Origin: an uncultured delta proteobacterium | GTDB taxonomy: Bacteria > Desulfobacterota > Syntrophorhabdia > Syntrophorhabdales > WCHB1-27 | Assembly (NCBI GenBank): GCA_963810935.1 | Contig: CAWEPK010000008.1 | Location: forward strand, 352,001 to 416,000 | Direction: 5' to 3' | Length of the DNA: 64,000 bases | Shown: positions 28,163-38,097 of the stretch, one piece after another | Layout: every line of letters begins with the position of its first letter | How positions within the stretch are numbered: the first letter of the stretch is position 1 | Program-made: the position numbers and the translations under genes | Notes under the pieces: generated by a model | What the model was told of the DNA's origin: nothing | Database searches by the model: none | What the model saw: only the letters and a program-made list of their open reading frames with translations

Positions 28163-28752
28163 CGGACCTGACCGTCAAAGAATATATCGACCGGCTCGCC
28201 GGAGGGGAGGCCACGCCGGGCGGCGGCTCCGTTTCCGCACTCGCCGGGGCATTGTCCGCAGCCCTTTCCCGGATGGTCTGCAACCTGACCATAGGCAGGA
28301 AGGGTAACGACGCAGCCCTCGACGAGCGTATGGCAGGCATAGAACGCAAAGCTGCGGAGCTGGGCCGGGCGCTGATCGAAGGCGTAGACCGTGACGCCGA
28401 GGCATACGTGCAGGTAATAAAGGGATACCGCATGCCTAAAACGAGCGAGGCGGAAGTCGCGGCAAGGGAGGCAGCCATACAGGAGGCGCTCAAAGGGGCG
28501 ACGCGAGCCCCCCTCGATGCAGCGCGGGCTGCGTGCAGCCTGATCGACCTTGCGAAAGAGGCAATGACTTACGGGAACAAAAATGCGTACAGCGACGGCG
28601 TCGTGGCAAAGCTCTGCGCCAGGGCGGCAGTCCTCGGCGCTGCCGCGAATGTGCGGATCAACCTGCCGTCCGTAAAGGACGAGGCGTTCCGCAAGAGTAC
28701 GCTGTCCGAGATCGAAGCGCTGGAGAAGAAGGCGCTCGACAAGGGAAAGTAA
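28156..28752 (+). CDS. Formiminotetrahydrofolate cyclodeaminase / cyclohydrolase family
   Basis: TPGGGSVSALAGAL..AL..MV..LT, DAEAY, NVRINL. Confidence 0.92.
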   Translation: MLTDLTVKEYIDRLAGGEATPGGGSVSALAGALSAALSRMVCNLTIGRKGNDAALDERMAGIERKAAELGRALIEGVDRDAEAYVQVIKGYRMPKTSEAEVAAREAAIQEALKGATRAPLDAARAACSLIDLAKEAMTYGNKNAYSDGVVAKLCARAAVLGAAANVRINLPSVKDEAFRKSTLSEIEALEKKALDKGK

Positions 28753-28917
28753 GGAGCGGGCGCGAAAGCCGCGGCTCGGCCTGGGCGTCTTAAGCAAGCC
28801 GGATTTAATCATGCCCAGCGGATAGTGGTAAACTTGGAAACACCGAGGCAGAAGGGGGCGGTCCCCCCTGCCCCACTTTAACGCGGCCCCGACGCATGGG
28901 GGAGGGGAAACAGGATA

Positions 28918-29097
28918 ATGACAGACACCGACGAACTATTAAAGCTGCTCGAAGAGAAGCTTGATACGACGCGCAAGATGATCGATGAATTTGAGGAGGG
29001 GATGGATTACGCGACCCATTGCAGCCTTCAAGGTTTCGCCGAGGGCATCGCGTACACTATAGAAGAGATCAAGGGGCTAACCGGCAAAAGCGCGTAA
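28918..29097 (+). CDS. 59-aa hypothetical protein (below the ORF-track cutoff)
   Basis: MTDTDELLKLLEEKLDTTRKMIDEFEEGMDYATHCSLQGFAEGIAYTIEEIKGLTGKSA; purine-rich upstream; 10 nt before mlaE. Confidence 0.7.
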   Translation: MTDTDELLKLLEEKLDTTRKMIDEFEEGMDYATHCSLQGFAEGIAYTIEEIKGLTGKSA

Positions 29098-29107
29098 GCG
29101 AGGCCGC

Positions 29108-30250
29108 ATGCAAACGGGCAGTGAGGGCAAGGGGGGGGCGATATCCATCTCTATCGGAGACAAGGGAGAAGCTCGTCTGGCGCTGACCGGCCGCATCGGC
29201 CTCGACAACCTGAATGAACTCATACGCCAGTCCGCCGCCCTTTTCGCGAAGGACCCACGACATATCGTCGCTGACCTCGGCCGCCTCGAAGAGGCGGACA
29301 GCGCGGCCGCCCTCTTCCTGCTCCAGATGGAGGATGAAGCCCGCCGCCGCTCTATACCGTTCGAATTCCTGAAAATACCACAGCGCGTCCAGAGCATTAT
29401 GGACCTTTTGGACCGGGATGCCCTCCGGCCCGCCCCGTCCCCCCCGGTAAAGCACCGGAACGTCTTCGAGGCGATGGGGGAGACAACCGCGCACCTTTTC
29501 GGCGACGTCGGCCAGGTTATCACCTTCGGCGGCACCCTGCTCTGGGAGGTGACGCTTGCGGTCCGGCACCCGTCGTCCGTCCGATGGAAGGATGTCATCG
29601 TCTACATGAAAAAAGTGGGCGTGGACGGCCTGCCTATACTCGCCCTCATCAGCTTCCTCATGGGTCTGATCATGGCTTTCATGTCTTCGCTGCAATTGAA
29701 GCAGTTCGGGGGTAACGCGTACGTCGCCTCCCTGGTAGCCCTGGCGATGGTCAGGGAGCTCGGCCCCATTATCACGGCTATCCTGGTCGCCGGCAGGTCC
29801 GGCTCGGCCTTTGCCGCAGAGATAGGCACTATGGTGGTGAACGAAGAGGTCGATTCGCTGACGACGATGGGGTTCAGCCCCATCAGGTTCCTTGCCGTCC
29901 CCAAGCTCATTGCGGCAGCCGTCATGGTGCCACTGCTCACCTTTTTCGCGGACTTGTTCGCTATTGTCGGCGGCATGTGCGTCGGCATCCTCGGCCTCGA
30001 TCTCACATTCCATACATACGAGCAATACACGTCGTGGGCGATCACTACGACCGACATATTTAACGGCGTGATCAAATCCTTCACCTTCGCCATCCTGATC
30101 GCCGCCATAGGGTGCCAGAGGGGGTTCGCGGTCAGGGGAGGGGCACAGGCGGTCGGCGACGCCACTACCTCCGCCGTCGTATCGGGACTTTTCCTTATCA
30201 TAGTGACCGACTCTGCATATGCGGTCATATTCAATTACGTGCACTGGTGA
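29108..30250 (+). CDS. mlaE: MlaE-family ABC permease with N-terminal STAS domain
   Basis: RELGPIITAILVAGRSGSAFAAEIGTM, VG.ATTSAVV. Confidence 0.93.
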   Translation: MQTGSEGKGGAISISIGDKGEARLALTGRIGLDNLNELIRQSAALFAKDPRHIVADLGRLEEADSAAALFLLQMEDEARRRSIPFEFLKIPQRVQSIMDLLDRDALRPAPSPPVKHRNVFEAMGETTAHLFGDVGQVITFGGTLLWEVTLAVRHPSSVRWKDVIVYMKKVGVDGLPILALISFLMGLIMAFMSSLQLKQFGGNAYVASLVALAMVRELGPIITAILVAGRSGSAFAAEIGTMVVNEEVDSLTTMGFSPIRFLAVPKLIAAAVMVPLLTFFADLFAIVGGMCVGILGLDLTFHTYEQYTSWAITTTDIFNGVIKSFTFAILIAAIGCQRGFAVRGGAQAVGDATTSAVVSGLFLIIVTDSAYAVIFNYVHW

Positions 30251-31047
30251 GGGCCGGCGTGGGCGAAACCGCCGAAAAAGCGATAGAAGTCGAGGGTCTT
30301 TCCGTACGCTACGGGGACGATGTCATACTGGACAACGTTAGCTTCGACGTAGCCAGCGGCGAGGTCGTGATCATCGCGGGGGCGAGCGGCTCCGGCAAAT
30401 CGACGCTTCTGCGCCACATGATCGGCCTGGCAAGGCCGTCGTCCGGCCGCGTGCTGATCTGCGGCGTCGATATAGCGAGCGCATCCGACGACGAGATGCG
30501 GCCGGTCAGACGGGACACGGGTATGCTCTTCCAGTCGAGCGGCCTCCTCGGGTCGATGACGCTCGGCGAAAACATCGACCTGCCGTTGTCGGGGTTCACC
30601 GACCTCGACGAGCAGATGCGCGCGGCCATCGTGCGCGAGAAGCTGGCCATGGTGGGACTTTTGGGCTACGAGGACCACCTGCCGGGCGAGCTTTCGGGCG
30701 GCATGAGGAAGAGGGCCGGGATCGCAAGGGCCATGGCCCTCGATCCGGGGATGCTCTTCCTCGACGAACCCTTCGCCGGCCTCGACCCGATAACTTCGGC
30801 AGGCGTCGAGGATCTGGTGCAGAAAATAAACAGGGGTATGGGGACGACGATGGTAATTGTGAGCCACGAGCTCGAGGCCATCTTCCGTCTGGCCCAAAGA
30901 ATAATTATGCTAGATAAGGGCAAAAGGGGTATAATTGCCGAGGGCGACCCCAAGGCGCTAAGGGATAGGCCGCCTAATTCTCAGGTCAGGCATTTTTTTA
31001 ACCACGAGATAGAGGAAAAGGAAGAGCCGGGAGGACGGCGTACTTAA
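30247..31047 (+). CDS. mlaF: MlaF-family ABC ATPase
   Basis: GASGSGKS, ELSGGMRKR, LDEPFAGLDP. Confidence 0.93.
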   Translation: MRAGVGETAEKAIEVEGLSVRYGDDVILDNVSFDVASGEVVIIAGASGSGKSTLLRHMIGLARPSSGRVLICGVDIASASDDEMRPVRRDTGMLFQSSGLLGSMTLGENIDLPLSGFTDLDEQMRAAIVREKLAMVGLLGYEDHLPGELSGGMRKRAGIARAMALDPGMLFLDEPFAGLDPITSAGVEDLVQKINRGMGTTMVIVSHELEAIFRLAQRIIMLDKGKRGIIAEGDPKALRDRPPNSQVRHFFNHEIEEKEEPGGRRT

Positions 31048-31965
31048 ATGGTACAGCGCAGGGCTTATTTTCTGGTCGGCCTCTTCGTGACCCTCGGGAT
31101 GGTCCTGGGGGCCGCAGCCATCATATGGCTCGGCGCTAACAAGTATTTCCAGCCGGGGGCCGTTTACGTAACGTACTTCGACGAGTCCGTTCAGGGGCTC
31201 CAGGTCGATTCGATAGTCAAGTTCAGGGGCGTCGATATCGGCACGGTGCGGAAGATAGGCGTGGCGCCCGACCAGCGGCTTGTCGAGGTGATCATGAAGC
31301 TCGACGTTAAGGATTTCAACATCCAGGGCGTCGTGGCAAAACTGACGCTCGCCGGCATAACGGGCATAGTCTACGTTGAGCTCGACCGCACGAAGCCGGG
31401 CGAAGCAGGCGTAAAACCAACAACCTTCCAGCCGCCCTACCCCGTCATACCGTCCGCACCGTCCAATATCAAGCAGATAGAGAGCGCCATCACCGAAATG
31501 ATGAAACAGGTGAAGGAGATCGACTTCGCCGGGATATCACGCCAGATAGCCAGGGCGGTCACCTCTCTTGACAAATTTTTCAACAGCCGGCAGGTCAAGC
31601 ACATCATGCAGGACGCAGGCAGCGCGATGGCAAAGCTCTCGGACGCCGCGGACAAGATGGACAAGTTGCTTGCCGGCGGATCCCTCGACGAGGCAGTCGC
31701 AACCGCCAGGGACGCCGTCAAAGAGGCCAGGGCAGTGATAAACAGGGCCAATGCCGAGCTTGAGCGCGTGAACATCGGGCAGACGGCCGCACGGGTGGAC
31801 AGCTTAGTCGAGGGGACGTCGGGGAGGGTGGACTCCGCGCTCACCGAGGTCGAGATTACGGTCGACACGCTGCGCCGCACGGCCGAATCCGTGGAGGAGC
31901 TTGCAGACAGGTTGAAGGCCGACCCCTCGGCGCTCATCTTCAGCAAGCCGCCGAAAGGAGAATAG
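31048..31965 (+). CDS. mlaD: MlaD/MCE-family protein
   Basis: N-terminal TM, ESVQGL.VDS.VKFRGVDIG.V, GITG..YVEL, helical tail. Confidence 0.92.
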   Translation: MVQRRAYFLVGLFVTLGMVLGAAAIIWLGANKYFQPGAVYVTYFDESVQGLQVDSIVKFRGVDIGTVRKIGVAPDQRLVEVIMKLDVKDFNIQGVVAKLTLAGITGIVYVELDRTKPGEAGVKPTTFQPPYPVIPSAPSNIKQIESAITEMMKQVKEIDFAGISRQIARAVTSLDKFFNSRQVKHIMQDAGSAMAKLSDAADKMDKLLAGGSLDEAVATARDAVKEARAVINRANAELERVNIGQTAARVDSLVEGTSGRVDSALTEVEITVDTLRRTAESVEELADRLKADPSALIFSKPPKGE

Positions 31966-31966
31966 C

Positions 31967-32636
31967 ATGCGGGCGAAAGCTGCCGTCCTTTACGCCGTTG
32001 TCCCCCTCGTCGCACTTATGCTTCTCACGGGCTGCGCGACCGGGGCAAGGCCGGCATACAAAGTCGAGCCTGTATACGCTCGACTACCCGCCCCCGGCCC
32101 TCAAAGGCGCCGTTGCCCCGACGGACCAGGTGGTACGCATAGACAGGTTCTCTGTAGCGCAAAGCTTCAACAACACGGCCATGGTTTACAGCCCTGAGGT
32201 TTACAGGCTGGCCGTTTACCAGTACAACAGGTGGAGGGTCAACCCCGGCGACATGACGGGCGACTACATGGCCCGCGATTTCCGCGCCTCCGGCCTGTTC
32301 AAAGCGGTCTTCTCGGGCCCCAGGCAGAATGCGGCGCGCTTCCAGATCGAAGGCATAGTCGATCGGTTCCTCCAATCGAAAGAGGCGGATGGATGGAAAG
32401 CCGTCCTCGTGCTGGAGATGACCCTCCTCGACACGAACAAGCCGTCCGTGGCTGAAAGGGTTATATTTCAGAAGCGGTACAGCGCGGCAGAGCAGATTCC
32501 CGAGCAGTCGGCCGGGGCCTTTGCGAAAGGGATCAGTAACGCAATGTCGCATTTGTCGGCGGAGATTATAAACGATGCGGCGGTGGCAATTGCAGCAAGA
32601 TGTCGGGAAGCGCTTGACGCTGAGACAAGGCGGTAA
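31967..32636 (+). CDS. PqiC-like ABC auxiliary lipoprotein, frameshifted near 32065
   Basis: LLTGC lipobox in one frame; YTLDY...YNRW.VNP.DM body in another. Confidence 0.8.
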
Positions 32637-32649
32637 TTAGAATATTACA

Positions 32650-33222
32650 GTGACTGAACCCAACTGGCTCAAAAAGGCAATTGACAATGTCCTGTCCCGC
32701 AGCGAGGACGGGGAGGCGTCCGGCACGCCGGACGAGATGATCGACAACGCCGCGAAGAAGGCGTTCAAGATCAGCACCGCCCTCGGCCTCATCCCCGGCC
32801 CTATAGGCATGGCGACCATCATCCCGGAGGTTGCAGCGCTGGCGGGCATCCAGATCGGCCTCATCCGCCGCATCGCAGGGTTTCACCACAAGGAGGAAAC
32901 GGTCTCGCCCGAGCTGGTCCTCCTTATCCTGGGCAATGTCGTAGGGGTGGCCGGAGGCGAGGCGCTCGTCAGAAAAATGGGCGCCGCCATTGTCATGAAG
33001 TCGGTCAATACGGAAGTAATCAAAGGCATATCGAGGGCCGTCGGCAGCCGCATCGTCGAGAGGGCGGCCGAAAGGGCGGCCGGGCGCTGGATACCGGCAC
33101 TGACCGCACCTGTCTTCGGCTATATGTCGAGGTCTCTTACAAGAAAGATCGGGAGGGAGGCAAACAAGCTCTTTGCCATGGATATCACCGTCGCGCCCGC
33201 CCCTGTAGCCGCCATTCCCTAA
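32650..33222 (+). CDS. EcsC/DUF697-like membrane-associated protein
   Basis: LGLIPGP.G.A.I.PE, GRWIP. Confidence 0.7.
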   Translation: MTEPNWLKKAIDNVLSRSEDGEASGTPDEMIDNAAKKAFKISTALGLIPGPIGMATIIPEVAALAGIQIGLIRRIAGFHHKEETVSPELVLLILGNVVGVAGGEALVRKMGAAIVMKSVNTEVIKGISRAVGSRIVERAAERAAGRWIPALTAPVFGYMSRSLTRKIGREANKLFAMDITVAPAPVAAIP

Positions 33223-33244
33223 ACATAGGTTTCACGCTTTTCGC

Positions 33245-33640
33245 TTACGGCCGCTCGCCGTCCTCCACCAGCTTCCTGGTGCGGTCTATATGGAAGAAAA
33301 CGAGGAACAGGGGGTTGTTCTTCTCAATGTCAGGGACGGAGTAATGTTTCTGTTCGAGCATCTTGCAGATCGATTCGCTGTCCATCTCCTCTTTCACCCG
33401 CGTCAGGTAGAGCCGTACGCCGTTCGCGTGGCCGCCCGCTTCCATGAAAAGATAGGACGCATGGGGGTTCGAGGTAAGGTCTTTATGCGTAAGGTGGTCC
33501 GGCATTATGAAAGCAACCGTCTCGTCGTCCATCACGTTGGGACGCTCATAGACGGCCGCGTTGACCTGGCCGCTGAAATCGGCCGTTGCCAGGATGCCGA
33601 CGCCGTCCGTCTTTTCGAAATAATCCCTGATGTCCTTCAT
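33245..33640 (-). CDS. Pyridoxamine 5'-phosphate oxidase-like FMN-binding protein
   Basis: GILATAD..G.VNAAVY..P, LTH..L..NPHASYLF, GVRLYL. Confidence 0.85.
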   Translation of the reverse strand: MKDIRDYFEKTDGVGILATADFSGQVNAAVYERPNVMDDETVAFIMPDHLTHKDLTSNPHASYLFMEAGGHANGVRLYLTRVKEEMDSESICKMLEQKHYSVPDIEKNNPLFLVFFHIDRTRKLVEDGERP

Positions 33641-33713
33641 TCATCAACCTCCAACTTTTTTTTGAGGCACAGGCAAGACGGCCGGGGACAGCCCGCTTGC
33701 CCGTCTCGTCAAA

Positions 33714-34550
33714 TCACCGGGCAAGGGAGGCCAGTGTTGCGTCCTTGCGCCTGGCAGTCCACGTCCTGATGTGCTCGGGGAACGCACGGTCCCGCACCAT
33801 GCCCTTGATCTCGTCTCCATTGATGCTGCCGCTCAGCGTCACGGCCCCCGCCGGGCCGTCAAGGCCGGCAAAGCGGAACCTGTCGCCGTCTAACGGGGCG
33901 CTCCTTACAAAAAAGAGCTTGCCGTCGAGGTACACCCTCCCCGACACCTTCTGAAATTCCTGCTCCAGATCGAGCTGTATGCCGGGTACGTTTTTGTCGG
34001 CCTCCACCCTGCCCTCCCAGCGGCCGCTCATGTTCGCCGGGACGACCCACAAGTAAAGGTAATTCGACCTTATCCTTACACAGTGGTCGGGCGTCCACCG
34101 CTCCATGTCGTGGCAGTACGAGACAATCCGCGTGCCGGGTCTCAGGTCGGATAATAACTTTGGCCGCAGCCTCCGGTTGACCTCCGGGAAAAGAAAAACG
34201 AAAAGCACGGTCGCATCATTGATCTCGCTCTTGAAAAGGTCCGCCTTCACGAAGCGGACGAGATGGGCCACCTGCTCGGCGCAGGCGTTCTCGCACGACT
34301 CCCGGACCCTTACAGGGTCGAGGTCGATGCCGACGCCCCGCGCGCCCGTCTTCCTGGCGGCGCCTATGACAGCGCGGCCGTCCCCGCAGCCCAGGTCGTA
34401 AACGACGTCGCCGGACCCGACCGAAGCCATCCTGATCATCTCATCCACAACTTCGCGCGGGCTGGGCTCCCAGCGCACGTCAAGCGACAATCCGCCCAAT
34501 CCGATACGCCCCAGAAAGCCAGTAGTCCGGTCCTGACGCTCTAAATTCAT
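33714..34550 (-). CDS. Class I SAM-dependent methyltransferase
   Basis: YDLGCGDGR, GIDLD, LRPGTRIVS. Confidence 0.9.
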   Translation of the reverse strand: MNLERQDRTTGFLGRIGLGGLSLDVRWEPSPREVVDEMIRMASVGSGDVVYDLGCGDGRAVIGAARKTGARGVGIDLDPVRVRESCENACAEQVAHLVRFVKADLFKSEINDATVLFVFLFPEVNRRLRPKLLSDLRPGTRIVSYCHDMERWTPDHCVRIRSNYLYLWVVPANMSGRWEGRVEADKNVPGIQLDLEQEFQKVSGRVYLDGKLFFVRSAPLDGDRFRFAGLDGPAGAVTLSGSINGDEIKGMVRDRAFPEHIRTWTARRKDATLASLAR

Positions 34551-34570
34551 ATATGTCTCTTCGAAAGAAA

Positions 34571-34614
34571 GTGAGGCTAAGGGGCACCTTTGTCAAGGTG
34601 TACCTTAGCCTCAC
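34571..34614. repeat. 44-bp palindrome (20-bp arms, 18/20 matched)
   Basis: gtgaggctaaggggcacctt-tgtc-aaggtgtaccttagcctcac. Confidence 0.85.
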
Positions 34615-34687
34615 ATAGAGTGGGCCGGGGTATCATCCTATTGCAATTGAATCCAATCTGCTATAATTGAGCGGTAAGGAGCGAGAG

Positions 34688-35005
34688 TTGTCAAAAGCGA
34701 TTAAGACGAAAAAAGAGATAACAAACTTGTTAAGCAAGAACACCGAGCGTTTGGAGGAGCTTGGCGTAAAGCGCATCGGCCTCTTCGGGTCATTCGTTAG
34801 GGGAGAGCAGCGGCCTCACAGCGATGTTGATTTCCTCGTGGAATTCCAGCCAAGAAAAAAAACATTCAGTAACTTCATGGGCCTATGTTTCCTTCTTGAA
34901 GAGTTGCTGGGAAGAAAGGTTGAGGTCGTCACAAAGGAGTCTTTAAGCCCTTATATCGGTCCGTACATACTTGCAGAGGTCGAATATGTCCGTCTCGTCG
35001 CCTGA
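34688..35005 (+). CDS. Minimal nucleotidyltransferase (MntA-type antitoxin)
   Basis: GLFGSFVRGEQ..SDVDFLVEF, LLGRKVEVVT; SD AAGGAG before TTG. Confidence 0.92.
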   Translation: MSKAIKTKKEITNLLSKNTERLEELGVKRIGLFGSFVRGEQRPHSDVDFLVEFQPRKKTFSNFMGLCFLLEELLGRKVEVVTKESLSPYIGPYILAEVEYVRLVA

Positions 35006-35336
35006 ATATCTTCGTCACATACTTGACGAGACAATCTTTGTCTCGTCAAGAGTCAAAGGCGTCTCTAAGCGCCAGTTTATGAAGGACGAGACGACCCTAA
35101 AGCGGGCATTTGTGCGAAGCATTGAGATCATAGGCGAAGCCAGCAAGAAGCTCCCCACTGACTTGAAGCAGAACTATCCCGGTATTGAATGGCGGTCTAT
35201 GGCAGGCATGAGAGACCGGCTGATTCACGGTTACTTCGGCATCGATTATCAGGTTGTCTGGGACGTTGTTCGTAATGAAATCCCTAGGCTGAAGAAAGCA
35301 ATCGAACAGATGCTGGAGCGCGAGGTCTCTCGCTAG
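34986..35336 (+). CDS. HEPN/DUF86 toxin (HepT-like)
   Basis: YL.HILDE, IEIIGEA, RDRLIHGYFGID (R-X4-H-X-Y). Confidence 0.92.
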   Translation: MSVSSPEYLRHILDETIFVSSRVKGVSKRQFMKDETTLKRAFVRSIEIIGEASKKLPTDLKQNYPGIEWRSMAGMRDRLIHGYFGIDYQVVWDVVRNEIPRLKKAIEQMLEREVSR

Positions 35337-35403
35337 GCGCGGCCTAAACCCACGATTTCCGACGCACAACACCCCCCATGCCCCATCTATGCTATAATCC
35401 GCC

Positions 35404-36653
35404 ATGACTTTCATTGCGGATTTACACGTCCATTCACACTACTCGATGGCTACCAGTCCCCTGATGACGCCTGAGGGGATTTGGCGGTGGGCGCAGATGA
35501 AGGGGATCGGCGTTGTCGCGACTGGGGACGCTACCCATCCCGGCTGGCTCGCGGAGCTTGGGGAAAAGCTCCAGCCCGCCGATAACGGTTTGTTTACCCT
35601 TAAGGCCGCCTGGCGGCGGCCAATCGATGTGCCGGGTGCGTGTCGGTCGGATGTCTCTTTCATTGTCTCGGCGGAGATAAGCTGCATTTACCGCAAAGAC
35701 GGCAGAACGCGCAAGGTCCACTGCCTCGTGTTCTTCCCCGATATGAACTGCGCCCGGCGCCTGAGCGCCGACCTTCGAAGATAGGCAGCGTCTCATCCGA
35801 CGGCAGGCCCATACTCAAGCTCGACGCGGCAGACCTGCTGGCTATGACCCTCGACATCTCCGACGAGGCCCTGTTCGTCCCGGCCCATGCGTGGACGCCA
35901 CATTACTCGGTGTTCGGCGCGGTATCCGGGTTCGACACGCTTGAGGAGTGCTTCGGCAACCTCGCGCCCTATGTCCCCGCGATAGAGACGGGGCTTTCCT
36001 CCGACCCGGCAATGAACCGGCGCGTGAGCGCCCTCGACAGACTCACCCTGATCTCCAACTCGGACGCCCACTCGCCGTCGAAGCTGGGCAGGGAGGCGAA
36101 CATCTTCGACACGGAAGTCTCGTACGGCGCGATACGGCAGGCCCTGACAACGGGCAGCGGCGCACCGGGCACGATAGAGTTCTTTCCGGAGGAAGGGAAG
36201 TACCATTACGACGGCCACGCTGCGTGCGGCATCTGCTTCTCGCCGCCGGAGACGATAGCGCACAACTACCTGTGCCCGGCCTGCGGCAGGCGGCTCACGG
36301 TCGGCGTGGTGCACAGGGTCGAGCTGCTGGCCGACAGGCCCGTAAACGGCACGCCCGGACAGGACGCGCACTTCCGGACGGTCATCCCCCTTGTCGAGAT
36401 ACTGGCGGAGGTCACGGCTAAGGGCCCGGCGTCGAAAGCCGTCGCCGCGATGTACGAAAAGCTCCTTTCGTCGATCGGCAGCGAGCTTACTGTACTTCTG
36501 GACGCGCCCCTGGATGAGATCGCCCGGCTATCGACTCCGCTTACCGCCGAAGCCGTCGGTCTCGTGCGGAAGGGTAAGGTACGCGTCTCCCCCGGCTACG
36601 ACGGCCGCTACGGACGGATCAAGATATTCGGGGATGCCGCGCCAAAACTTTAA
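35404..36653 (+). CDS. Endonuclease Q family (PHP domain + Zn finger), frameshifted near 35775
   Basis: ADLHVHSHYS, PAHAWTP, ETGLSSDP, SNSDAHS, GKYHYDGH..C, PGYDG.YG split across two frames. Confidence 0.88.
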
Positions 36654-36683
36654 TTTGCCCTGCGGATGATGTAACATACCCCA

Positions 36684-38087
36684 ATGCACCGGCTGCGCAA
36701 GAACAATATCGCATGGTCCCTTGACGACGACTACCCCGGCCTTGATGACGCCGTTGCCGGCATCGTCGAGGAGGCGGACGTCCGCAGGGGCTACGCATCG
36801 AGGCCGTGCGGCGACGGGAAGATATTCGTCAAGTTCTTCCTGGAGCACGGCATCGCAGGGCTCGTGCGCAACAGCATCATGCCAAGGGGCAGGAAGGAAT
36901 ATTACCTCGGAAAGCGCATCCTTGCGGGCGGCATAGCCACGCCACGCCCCCTCGGATACGGCACGGGCGGCGGCGGCTCCTTCATAATACAGGAATGGGT
37001 CGAGGGCCGCACTTTCCGCTCGGCCTTCTATGATGCCACAGCCGAAAAAGAGGCGCTCCTTCACGGCCTCGCGCGCCTGCTTAAGCAGCTTGAAGGCACG
37101 CGGATCAGGCACAACGACCTCCACCTGGACAACGTCTTTTTGAGCGGCGGCACGCTATACCTCATCGACCTGCACAAGGCAAAAATACGCGGCACCTGGA
37201 GCCGGGACGACGCCGCCGCGAACCTCGGCCAAGCGCTGAGCATGGTCTACAAGAACATGACAGAAGAGCAGCGGGCGCGCTTTTTCGAGGACGCCGGGCG
37301 GCCGGACGTACGCAACGCGGTCGAGGCCGCCTTGAAAGCTCAATGGGGCGCGTGGGTCGAGAGCAAGAAAAGAAGGGCCTTCTCCAACACGTCGAAGCTC
37401 GCGGTACGTGGGCGAAGGGTCTATGTCAGGGGCAGGGAGAAGGAAGGCCAGGGCGCTTTTACGACCCTTTTGAAGCAAGACAAAAAGGTGCGGGTGGAAA
37501 GGCACGCCGACCACATCAGGAAGATCTACGGCCGCAGACACAAGCTTAAGCGGGCATGGGAGAACTGGGTCGCCCTGGAATACGTAACGGGCGACGTCGT
37601 GCCCCGGCCGTTCTACGTCGAGAAGGCGTCGCTCTTCGGCTGCGGCTTCATCGCGATGGAAGACCTAGGCGGACAGGGCGAGGAGCTTGACCGGTTTCTC
37701 GACAGGCATTACGACGCGATGGAGACGGGCCGGAGGCGGGCGTTTATCGGCTCCCTCGCCCTCTTCCTGGGGCGCCTCTTCGATACGGGCATCATCCAGA
37801 AAGACCTGAAGGCGTGCAATGTCTTCGTGATCGACAGCGGCTTCCGGCTCCTCGACGTCGAAGACATATGCTTTTACGCGCCGACTGATGCTGACATTCT
37901 CGCAATGCTTGTGCAGCTCAATACATCCGTACCCCGGCGGATACGCGCGTCCGACAGGATGAGGTTTTTCATAGGTCTGGCCCGCGTGTTCCCCTTCGAC
38001 AAGAAGGCCCTTTTCCGGCGCGTGGTGGATACGTGCAAGGGGCTCGAAGTCGTCTACGAGGGCGTCTCGGGACTCAATAGGGAATAA
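36684..38087 (+). CDS. LPS kinase (InaA/WaaP/Kdo-like), tandem kinase domains
   Basis: HNDLHLDN...IDL and KDLKACN...LDVED. Confidence 0.82.
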   Translation: MHRLRKNNIAWSLDDDYPGLDDAVAGIVEEADVRRGYASRPCGDGKIFVKFFLEHGIAGLVRNSIMPRGRKEYYLGKRILAGGIATPRPLGYGTGGGGSFIIQEWVEGRTFRSAFYDATAEKEALLHGLARLLKQLEGTRIRHNDLHLDNVFLSGGTLYLIDLHKAKIRGTWSRDDAAANLGQALSMVYKNMTEEQRARFFEDAGRPDVRNAVEAALKAQWGAWVESKKRRAFSNTSKLAVRGRRVYVRGREKEGQGAFTTLLKQDKKVRVERHADHIRKIYGRRHKLKRAWENWVALEYVTGDVVPRPFYVEKASLFGCGFIAMEDLGGQGEELDRFLDRHYDAMETGRRRAFIGSLALFLGRLFDTGIIQKDLKACNVFVIDSGFRLLDVEDICFYAPTDADILAMLVQLNTSVPRRIRASDRMRFFIGLARVFPFDKKALFRRVVDTCKGLEVVYEGVSGLNRE

Positions 38088-38097
38088 GATTCAAAGG

